Position numbers and translations under genes: made by a program
Part shown: positions 38,357 through 47,939 of the stretch, piece by piece
How positions within the stretch are numbered: the stretch's first letter is position 1
Layout of the letters: the number at the start of each line of letters is the position of its first letter
From: an uncultured Candidatus Saccharibacteria bacterium
GTDB lineage: Bacteria > Patescibacteriota > Saccharimonadia > Saccharimonadales > CAZDQS01
Direction: 5' to 3'
NCBI GenBank assembly: GCA_964507855.1
Contig: CAZDQS010000005.1
Location: forward strand, 6,599 to 70,598
Length of the DNA stretch: 64,000 bases
The notes under the pieces: generated by a model
Database searches by the model: none
What the model was told of the DNA's origin: nothing
The model's input: only the letters and a program-made list of their open reading frames with translations

Positions 38357-39220
38357 CTAGAAGCGCCGCCGCAGGACGTGCAGCTCATATCGCTTACCAA
38401 GCCAAAAGGCAACTAGGAGAAATGGCAAGGCAACGGCAGCCGGCCACCAGATGATGCGGGTTATGACAATCGGTTCCTTGTCTTTCGTTTCCTCAGTGCT
38501 TTGGGCAATCGGCCCGTTCGCCACACCGACGAGCTGCAGGAAGGCAGAGACGTTGTTGGCATCCGTCACCTTAATGACAATGTTATAAACACCGGCTGAT
38601 TTGTAGACATGGTTAATATCGAAGGAACCCGGGAATGGTCTGCTCATAAGATCGGGTGATGAACCATCCCCCCAATCAATACTCAGCGCGTACGGACCAG
38701 TCCCGCCACTGAGGGCAATCGGCCAGGTGAGCGTTTCGCCCGGATTGGCTCCGCGTTTCGCGAAATTGCTTGTGAGCGTGACGCGCGGACCAGCAACAAA
38801 TCCGGTTTCTTCAAAAATGACCGTTACGACGTTTGACGCAGGCCCTTCCTGGTCAAGCGCATCGTACACCCGTGCCACCAGTTCATTTGCCCCGTCAAAC
38901 AAGTCAATCACGATCGAAAAATTGCCATCTGTACATTGAGCAGAACCGGTAAATACGCCGTTCTTAAATAGTTTTACTAGTACGTCACCGCTACAAATTC
39001 CCGTCACGGTCAGGGGCAGCTCAGTAATAGTCTGGCCATTTGTCGGAAAGCTGATCGTTGCACCCACCTGAGGAGGCGGGGCCGAAATAGTCCCCTCCAG
39101 ACCCAAGGAGTTACTCTGCACTGGATCGGATTGCGCCGATACATTGACGCTAAACAACAGCCCTGCCGCGCCCAAAAGTACGATGAGGAGTTTCAGTGCT
39201 ATGCCTTTTTGTTTAACCAT
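38357..39220 (-). CDS. Ig-like/PKD-domain surface protein with signal peptide and C-terminal TM anchor; paralog of 33895-35268
   Basis: 287 aa. The signal peptide is MVKQKGIALKLLIVLLGAAGLLFSVNVSAQ. Contains the Ig-like segment TVTGICSGDVLVKLFKNGVFTGSAQCTDGNFS and the PKD-like motif SIDWGDGSSPD.......FDINHVYKSAGVYNIVIKVTDANN. The C-terminus has the TM helix IIWWPAAVALPFLLVAFWL followed by LRRRF. Confidence 0.8.
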   Translation of the reverse strand: MVKQKGIALKLLIVLLGAAGLLFSVNVSAQSDPVQSNSLGLEGTISAPPPQVGATISFPTNGQTITELPLTVTGICSGDVLVKLFKNGVFTGSAQCTDGNFSIVIDLFDGANELVARVYDALDQEGPASNVVTVIFEETGFVAGPRVTLTSNFAKRGANPGETLTWPIALSGGTGPYALSIDWGDGSSPDLMSRPFPGSFDINHVYKSAGVYNIVIKVTDANNVSAFLQLVGVANGPIAQSTEETKDKEPIVITRIIWWPAAVALPFLLVAFWLGKRYELHVLRRRF

Positions 39221-39332
39221 ATTGCTTCCCTTGTGTTTTCTTCATGGGAATCGCCATTTTCACCCCTTACTTTACAGGCATAAGCGAAAATCTGCAAAGC
39301 GCCAGCCCTAAGAAGCCGATGATAGACGCGAG

Positions 39333-40298
39333 CTACCTGCGGGTCGGCGTAACACGGCGTGGACCGCGTCGCTTCCTGACGTAGATAATTGCCGCAACCA
39401 AGGCCACAACCAAGATGAGAGCAATAGCAACCATCCACCACGGAATTATCCAAAATGTCTTGCTCAAGGTAAGTACTTCACCGCCTTGCGTGTACGACAC
39501 GCTTGCGGTCACGTTGTATTTGCCGAAACCACCGACGGCTTCGATGTCATTCCGAAACGTCCGACTCGAATCCGGCAATACATTACCCTGCGGTTCTGTA
39601 TCATTAATCTCGTATGAAGCAACCTCGTTGCCGCCCTTGGTGATTGTTACCTTGCCAAACGGCTTAATGAAGCTGTTGCCTGTGTTGCGTACAGATACGG
39701 CTGTTTTATCCGGTGAACCGAAGAAGAATGATCCAAGCCGCCCGCCGCGTTCCACACCGACCCGCTCAAGCTGCATACCTTGCGTTATCTCGCCGGTAAC
39801 CTCTACGAGGACAAGCCCGCCGATGCTCGCCGTCAAGGCAACTTGCCGGTCAGCCGTTGCTTCATCAGCACCCTTCGGTATGGCCACAAAACGGATCGCG
39901 CCATAGTGGCCACCCGGTGATGCGTTGAGCGGTACATCAAGCGTAATCTCAACTTCTTTGGCCTCACCGGAAGCCAGCTCAATATCCGGCACATCTTCTA
40001 CAAAGCTCTTGAGCGAACGCGCGCTCTGCTGGCCTTCATCGACGATAATGACCGGCTGTCCCGTGTTATTGTCTGCCTCAAAGTCATTAACCACCACCCG
40101 GACAATAAGATCGCCCTGAGTTACATTCTTAACCGTAAAGACAACCGATTTCGCCTCACCCGGCTCAGCGCTCAGTTCGTGCCTGGTTGGCGACACCTGA
40201 AGTCCGCTACCGCCTTGGGCGCCAGCACTGCTCGCCATGAAACCCACAACACACACGCTAAGAAGCGCCACCAGAGCTACCCGAACAAATTTGGACAT
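39333..40298 (-). CDS. DUF916/DUF3324-like cell-surface protein with signal peptide and C-terminal TM anchor
   Basis: The start is taken at ATG 40298 (MSKFVRVALVALLSVCVVGFMASSAGAQ) because of a GAGGAAA Shine-Dalgarno; the track ORF starts at 40352. Contains LQVSPTRHELSAEPGEAKSVVFTVKNVTQGDLIV, DVPLNASPGGHYGAIRFV and VLPDSSRTFRNDI...FGKYNVTASVSY. The C-terminus has the TM helix WWMVAIALILVVALVAAIIYV followed by RKRRG. Confidence 0.8.
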   Translation of the reverse strand: MSKFVRVALVALLSVCVVGFMASSAGAQGGSGLQVSPTRHELSAEPGEAKSVVFTVKNVTQGDLIVRVVVNDFEADNNTGQPVIIVDEGQQSARSLKSFVEDVPDIELASGEAKEVEITLDVPLNASPGGHYGAIRFVAIPKGADEATADRQVALTASIGGLVLVEVTGEITQGMQLERVGVERGGRLGSFFFGSPDKTAVSVRNTGNSFIKPFGKVTITKGGNEVASYEINDTEPQGNVLPDSSRTFRNDIEAVGGFGKYNVTASVSYTQGGEVLTLSKTFWIIPWWMVAIALILVVALVAAIIYVRKRRGPRRVTPTRR

Positions 40299-40379
40299 CG
40301 TTTTCCTCATACCCCTTTTGTTTGCCTTATTGATGTTCAGTATAGCATGCACAAGCTTTACTTTTGAACCAAATATCTT

Positions 40380-41432
40380 CTAAAAACTGGCTACGGCGGT
40401 GAAGGTCATGGTTGTTGCATAGCGGCCAACGGGTTGGGCCCCGCTCACATTAACGATATAAGAAACCGTAAAGACCCTGAACTCAGTTGGAAGATTGGTC
40501 GCAGCAATCGCTTCGCCACTGACGTATTTAAATAAATTCTGAGTGCTATACCCAGGTAGTGGCGTGGCGCTCCCTGGGCCCGAAGGGTTTCCGCCCACAC
40601 TCGGCACCGTGTTGGCCACCAGGTTAATCCCGTACTGGCTGGTGCCCGGAGAGCTTGGTGATGGCAATCCAAGCGCCGGGATAATTTGGTTACCGGCAGT
40701 CATCGTCGTTCCGTGCACATAGGTCGTATAGCCGCTCTCATCATTGGTGGCCCCGCTAAACTGCGACGTGGCGACGCTTGCCGATGCTGTCGATAGTTCG
40801 CCAAGGTTCATAGCATTGCCTGTGGCCGTGCTGCAATCAAGCGCAACCGTCACGCCCACGCAAAAGGTCAAGTACGGCGGCACAAATCCTTGCGTCGTAA
40901 ACGCTCCGGTTGTGCTGAACAGAATCGCCCCCTCGTCGATACGCGGATCCGCCGCTAAACCATCGCCATGTGTACTCACCCGGACATAGACAGTCTGCCG
41001 GGGCGTCGACGGATTCACCACGCCATCAAGGACATAGTGTGACGATCCCGGTGTAGGCGCGGCGGGTGCCCTGGCTATAACCAGCTCGTTCGCATTAGCC
41101 ACCACCACAGAAAAGCCAACCTCACCGCTCTGCTCGGACAAGCTAGCGGCTGCAAGTGACATGCCGGCGGGTGCATCGCACGTGTCATCAAAGAACGGGC
41201 TATTTGTGCAGTATTCGAACTTGATTGAGCCCACATGGTCCAGAGAGACATACGAGAACGTAAAGGCATGCGAGGTCTGAGCCGAAGGCTGCGACGACCC
41301 CACCGCAACCGAACGACCGGTCAACTGCGCTGCCGAGACGGGAGTATACGTCAGGATAACAACCAGAGCCAAGCCAGCAATACCAGCTGCTGCTTGCCGT
41401 GCATACCTAGCTATGGACCGGCTCGTCATCAT
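40380..41432 (-). CDS. Secreted two-domain surface/fibre-subunit-like protein with a WxL-like C-terminal domain
   Basis: 350 aa. The signal peptide ends VSAAQLTGRSV. The N-domain contains HAFTFSY...IKFEYCTN. The C-domain contains YLTFCVG.....MNLGEL...ESGYTTYVHG...SQYGINL and ends GRYATTMTFTAVASF. Confidence 0.75.
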   Translation of the reverse strand: MMTSRSIARYARQAAAGIAGLALVVILTYTPVSAAQLTGRSVAVGSSQPSAQTSHAFTFSYVSLDHVGSIKFEYCTNSPFFDDTCDAPAGMSLAAASLSEQSGEVGFSVVVANANELVIARAPAAPTPGSSHYVLDGVVNPSTPRQTVYVRVSTHGDGLAADPRIDEGAILFSTTGAFTTQGFVPPYLTFCVGVTVALDCSTATGNAMNLGELSTASASVATSQFSGATNDESGYTTYVHGTTMTAGNQIIPALGLPSPSSPGTSQYGINLVANTVPSVGGNPSGPGSATPLPGYSTQNLFKYVSGEAIAATNLPTEFRVFTVSYIVNVSGAQPVGRYATTMTFTAVASF

Positions 41433-41486
41433 TCTTTATATGATACGTGAAATAGCATACAACCGTAAGCGGTTTCTCGTTGGCTC

Positions 41487-42809
41487 CTAGAATGTCGGCG
41501 TTGCAATAAAGGTCGTTGTAACTGAGTAAGCACCTGTTGGTGTGGTTGCGGATGCGGTTGCACCAAAGCGTATTTTGATCATTTCGTCGTCAACTACAGT
41601 TGCTGAACTCGCAATTGTTGCTGCCGTTCCGGTGCTGTTCCAGGCGAATTTGTTTGAAGTATCAGTCGAATCACAATCCGCGCTATGCGTTACATCACCA
41701 TCGGCATTGTATCCGGCAGGGACGTTGCCCAAGTTGGTTGTCCCGCTTGTCGATGAATCGGTATCAATACATGCCACTTGCATACCAAACCGCTCGGTGC
41801 CGGCGGAGAAGGCTTCACCGCTTGCGTCTGCGCTTACGAAACATTGGTCAACAGTGCTATTGGCATCTGCATCACAGGTTGCACCCGGCACCCGGAAGGC
41901 TCGGAGCTGGTTCGTGCCCGCACCATCTTCCTCGGCGTAATACGCAATCACGACTCCACTGACGGCGTTGGTGTTCACCATGGCCGCGCCATACGTATCG
42001 TTCGCGCCATTGGTCCCACTGTTGTCTACTGGTGAACGGGCAATGGTTGAGTTGTCGATCACACCGATGTCTACCGTGTGGGCAGTTGGCATTGCCGCGC
42101 ATGTTGCCGGAGTGGCTGCAGAATCACCGAGAGCACCGACACAGAACTCCAAGCGCTCCTGGACACGACCGTTCACGACCAGCTGGTTGTTGATTGATGC
42201 TGCAACCGCGCCGGAATGGACCAGTTCGGACCCTGCGCCGCCCGAGCTATCAAAGCCGGCGTTATCATAAAGACTAATCCTGACGTATACCGATACATAT
42301 GACCCGACCAGGGTGGGGTTGGTAATGTTTTCGATGGTAAATGTGGCATCGGTTAACGTATCTGATGTTGCTTCTGTACGGTTTACACAATACATAGTAT
42401 CGGTGTTGTCCCCAGCAAGAACGCAGTCACCGAGCGTGGTAGCTTGCTCAGCAAATGCGGTAGTATTATTTGGGAAGTTAGACTGTGCACCAGGTGCTGC
42501 TGTACCGGCAGAAACATCCATGCCAGTTGGCAATGTACAGGTGCCGAGCGGCGTGGTACAGAACTCAAAAATCATACCCTCGACATCCGTCGCGTCTCCA
42601 GAGAAGGTGAATGTCCAGTCTACGCCAGTTTCACCGCCCTTCGAGGAGGTAATACTGACCTTACGGCTTGTTAACTGGGCTGCACTGGCTGTCTCGCTGC
42701 CAAAAAACGGCAACAAACCACCAGCCACGATGGCTGCGACAACAAGCGTCAGACTGCTGCGGTGCATCAATGCGGAGATACGTCGGATATAGGTAGTGAA
42801 ACTTTGCAT
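41487..42809 (-). CDS. Secreted two-domain surface/fibre-subunit-like protein with a WxL-like C-terminal domain; Cys-rich
   Basis: 440 aa. The signal peptide ends TASAAQLTSRKV. The N-domain contains WTFTFSG....MIFEFCTT. The C-domain contains RLEFCVG...VDIGVI...ERFGMQV and ends GAYSVTTTFIATPTF. Confidence 0.75.
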   Translation of the reverse strand: MQSFTTYIRRISALMHRSSLTLVVAAIVAGGLLPFFGSETASAAQLTSRKVSITSSKGGETGVDWTFTFSGDATDVEGMIFEFCTTPLGTCTLPTGMDVSAGTAAPGAQSNFPNNTTAFAEQATTLGDCVLAGDNTDTMYCVNRTEATSDTLTDATFTIENITNPTLVGSYVSVYVRISLYDNAGFDSSGGAGSELVHSGAVAASINNQLVVNGRVQERLEFCVGALGDSAATPATCAAMPTAHTVDIGVIDNSTIARSPVDNSGTNGANDTYGAAMVNTNAVSGVVIAYYAEEDGAGTNQLRAFRVPGATCDADANSTVDQCFVSADASGEAFSAGTERFGMQVACIDTDSSTSGTTNLGNVPAGYNADGDVTHSADCDSTDTSNKFAWNSTGTAATIASSATVVDDEMIKIRFGATASATTPTGAYSVTTTFIATPTF

Positions 42810-42886
42810 GCTTTTTACCTTTTTGTTTTTATAGTGCTCGTGGTTAACTTACCACAATAAATCTGGACCTGCAAGCATATTTTATG

Positions 42887-43660
42887 TCAATAGGTCGGCA
42901 CGACAACCAAGTCGTGATCCATCCTATATGTACCAGCGGGCGTCATCTTATTACGCTTGGCTATATATGAAATTGTATAGAACGTAGCTCCGACTGCTTG
43001 TCTGCCTGGTGTTGCGGCAGATTCCGCGATTATATCGCCTTGCACATACTTAAACTGATTTGGCAGGTCATAGTTATCACTGGCTCTGCCGTCTGCAAAT
43101 GTATCGTCAGGATCATTTTGCGGATCTACGCCTATATCGGGCGAACTATTATCGACGAGGTTAATTCCGAACTCCTCCACGTCAGGATCAGCCGATGGCG
43201 CCCCAACTGCCGGCTTGCCACTTAATACTGCGCCCCCTTCACTCACCGGGGGAGGACTCATAGTGATCACGACATAAGAAGATGACATGTATGATCGTAC
43301 ATAAAACGAACAACTGCATGCCCCGCCTTGCGCAGCACCGTAGGATGTTGTCGTATCAGACAAATTACCAAAGTCTACCGTCGCACCCATGACACCCATT
43401 TCAAGAAATGGCTCACTTGGCGTACCGAATCCACTACTAGCATCATACCCGTCGCTGGACGATTCACCCACGCCAAGTGCGCCGGCCGAACCGCGAGCGC
43501 CGTAGTTTTCTGAACTCATTTCGGTCTCTCCGCCAATGCCGAAGAAATATTCGTTTGACTGGTAGTTTGGCGATGACGTTGTCTGGGCATAGGCGGGCAC
43601 AGTAACTATCAAGCAGCTACCGAGCGCAATAAGAATCCGTACCAGCGTTCCCTTTACCAT
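42887..43660 (-). CDS. Small secreted WxL-like-domain protein
   Basis: The start is taken at ATG 43660 (MVKGTLVRILIALGSCLIVTVPAYAQ); the track ORF starts at 43690. The protein is a single domain containing EYFFGIGG...VDFGNL...CSFYVRSY...EEFGINLV and ending GTYRMDHDLVVVPTY. Confidence 0.7.
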   Translation of the reverse strand: MVKGTLVRILIALGSCLIVTVPAYAQTTSSPNYQSNEYFFGIGGETEMSSENYGARGSAGALGVGESSSDGYDASSGFGTPSEPFLEMGVMGATVDFGNLSDTTTSYGAAQGGACSCSFYVRSYMSSSYVVITMSPPPVSEGGAVLSGKPAVGAPSADPDVEEFGINLVDNSSPDIGVDPQNDPDDTFADGRASDNYDLPNQFKYVQGDIIAESAATPGRQAVGATFYTISYIAKRNKMTPAGTYRMDHDLVVVPTY

Positions 43661-43693
43661 GCTTATGCCTAGTATACCGCATCGCGGCAACCG

Positions 43694-44389
43694 TTAGCGG
43701 ATTTTGAAATTGTTAATAATTTCAGTGAACACTTGCGAGTGGAATCGTCCGGTCAAATCATGAAACAGCAGCCCCACCACGTGTCGGCGGCCATCATTGC
43801 CTGGTATGGTTATTCCATGCCCACCCTGGGGGGCAAGAGCCGCTATCGATACAGCTGAGCTCTCGCTATCGCAGGTGAACAATGCGCCATCATACAATTC
43901 GGCAAACTCATCACTATCACATGCTAGCGAAATATCTCCCGCCTCCAAAGATACGTCATTGACAGTTACCGGCACCACATACCGTGCCGTCGTACCGTCC
44001 GGTACTTCCCCTACCCATACCGTCAGCTTGTACTCCACAAGCGAGTGCTGTCGGCTGATATACACATACTGACGGCCAATCTCCGATTCTTCCGTAGAAA
44101 ACTGCCAATCTTTTGATGAGCCGAACGAGAAGTACTCGTTCTGGTACCACTGCTTCGGAGCACCATCGTAATAACCAAGGTTCTGGACCGCAGTCTGCTG
44201 CGGTGCTGTCGGCGTATCGCCTTCTCTCGTCACAAGCACACCAACGCCCGCCACCACGGCAAGCAAGATAAGCAATACAAGCACCAATCCATGATGAGTA
44301 ACCCGTAATTTCTTCAGCCGCTTATGGACGCTATTACCGTAGCTGTACGTTTTCATGCCTTGAAACTCTTTATGCTTACCCGTTCCCAT
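43694..44389 (-). CDS. N-terminally anchored hypothetical membrane protein, first gene of the minus-strand surface module
   Basis: 231 aa, with an alternative start at 44356 (MKTYSYG...). It has one TM helix (GLVLVLLILLAVVAGVGVLV) followed by an extracytoplasmic domain. Its stop lies 33 nt upstream of the next gene's chosen start. Confidence 0.6.
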   Translation of the reverse strand: MGTGKHKEFQGMKTYSYGNSVHKRLKKLRVTHHGLVLVLLILLAVVAGVGVLVTREGDTPTAPQQTAVQNLGYYDGAPKQWYQNEYFSFGSSKDWQFSTEESEIGRQYVYISRQHSLVEYKLTVWVGEVPDGTTARYVVPVTVNDVSLEAGDISLACDSDEFAELYDGALFTCDSESSAVSIAALAPQGGHGITIPGNDGRRHVVGLLFHDLTGRFHSQVFTEIINNFKIR

Positions 44390-44442
44390 AGTATGATATA
44401 CGCTAACAAGCCGCTAGTGGCAGAAATTCCAAAAAAATCACC

Positions 44443-45429
44443 ATGGACTCACAAACGCCTCAAGATTACGACGAAATCAACTCATTGGAGTCAACCGACA
44501 ACGAGTCGACTCAAGCCACCAGTACTCCTGACAGCTCCAGCCAGCAGCCACAAGACACTCCTCCTGCAGGCGCCAAGCCACCCCTTCGCTTGCGCCTGCG
44601 CCAGCGTATACGCTCCGTCAATATATACCTGCTCTTATTCGTTCTCCTGATATTGCTTGGTACGCTTGGTGTTACCGTCGCGGTACTTAACAGCCGCCGG
44701 GCAGATGACGCCAATACCCTCATAACCGGCGAACTCACTCCCGAGGCACTAGAGCAGCTACGCAATAGCGATGTCCGCGTTGGCGACCCCAAGCAAACCC
44801 TTAATGTGGAGTCCAATGCAATATTCACAGGACGGGTACTCATCCGCGATAGCCTCGATGTCGCCGGCCAAATCAACGTCGGCGGCTCGCTCAGCCTACC
44901 CGGAATCACAGTATCCGGCACCAGCAGCTTTGATGAAGTTCAGATTAATAACTTATCAATATCCGGTAATACTTCCATTCTCGGCCAGCTCTCCGTCCAG
45001 AGCAACTTGAGCGTGAGCGGTGATGTGACCATCGGCGGCACACTTTCGGCCGGCACATTGTCCATAGAAGGGCTGCAACTGAGCAGCGACCTGCAACTGA
45101 ACCGCCATATAAACGGTGGGGGGCCGCCACCGTCGGTAGGTGCTGGAGGCGCTGTTGGAGGAGGTGGTACAGTCTCCATAAGCGGCAGCGATACAGCCGG
45201 TACCGTTACTATCAATACCGGAGGCGGCCCATCGGCTGGCGTGCTGGCGGTCATTACCTTTGCCAATCCGTTCACCCAGACACCGCACGTCGTTATTACG
45301 CCGTCCAGCAGCGGTGGTGCCGGGCTGAACTATTACGTTACCCGTACCAGCACCGGCTTCAGTATCGCCACGACCAACGCCCCGGCCGCTGGCACAACCT
45401 TCACATTTGACTTCATAGCAATCGACTAA
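44443..45429 (+). CDS. N-terminally anchored protein with a beta-helix-like repeat stalk and a C-terminal H-type-lectin-like domain
   Basis: 328 aa. It has an acidic/polar N-terminus and one TM helix (IYLLLFVLLILLGTLGVTVAV). Short repeats follow (VGGSLSLPGITVSGTSSF.EVQINNLSISGNTSILGQLSVQSNLSVSGDVTIGGTLSAGTLSIEGL). The C-terminus ITFANPFTQTPHVVITPSS....NYYVTRTSTGFSIATTN......FTFDFIAID resembles the H_lectin pattern (F..PF...P.V........V...T.TGF.........F.W.A). Confidence 0.65.
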   Translation: MDSQTPQDYDEINSLESTDNESTQATSTPDSSSQQPQDTPPAGAKPPLRLRLRQRIRSVNIYLLLFVLLILLGTLGVTVAVLNSRRADDANTLITGELTPEALEQLRNSDVRVGDPKQTLNVESNAIFTGRVLIRDSLDVAGQINVGGSLSLPGITVSGTSSFDEVQINNLSISGNTSILGQLSVQSNLSVSGDVTIGGTLSAGTLSIEGLQLSSDLQLNRHINGGGPPPSVGAGGAVGGGGTVSISGSDTAGTVTINTGGGPSAGVLAVITFANPFTQTPHVVITPSSSGGAGLNYYVTRTSTGFSIATTNAPAAGTTFTFDFIAID

Positions 45430-45435
45430 GCAAGA

Positions 45436-45726
45436 CTACACGTCGAGAAAGACGATAACCGCGTCTTTCTTAACATGCATGACGCCTTGGGATATGCGGA
45501 TGGTCACTGTACCGCGATCAGGGGTGCGAATGAGCAAATCCCCCGGCGTGAGCAGCGTCATGAAATTGTGGTGTTGCGGCAGGATATCAAACGGACCGGT
45601 CGCGTTGGCTCCGGAAATGCTGTATGCATTCTCGTCGAAATAGACGCGGAACGGCGAATGCACCTTAATGTGCATGGTGAGCTCGTTTTTGTCTGGTTTG
45701 GCGGGGACGAGAACTTTTTGATCCAT
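45436..45726 (-). CDS. atpC: F-type ATP synthase subunit epsilon
   Basis: 96 aa. It sits directly after atpD. The N-terminal beta-sandwich pattern is present (V.SP....F...A.S.S......G.F.ILP.H.NF.T.L..G.L). Confidence 0.8.
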   Translation of the reverse strand: MDQKVLVPAKPDKNELTMHIKVHSPFRVYFDENAYSISGANATGPFDILPQHHNFMTLLTPGDLLIRTPDRGTVTIRISQGVMHVKKDAVIVFLDV

Positions 45727-45777
45727 AGTAAGACTACGTGTTACTTATCTTGGCGGACGAATATTTTAGTAGATGTA

Positions 45778-47935
<2,158 letters not shown>

Positions 47936-47939
<4 letters not shown>

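Noticed and set aside
24378-45429. The surface island as a mobile element or genomic island of recent horizontal origin
   Set aside because: I saw no integrase, transposase, flanking tRNA or direct repeats. By eye the composition is not distinct from the rest of the window. The island also encloses the essential genes alaS and mnmA.
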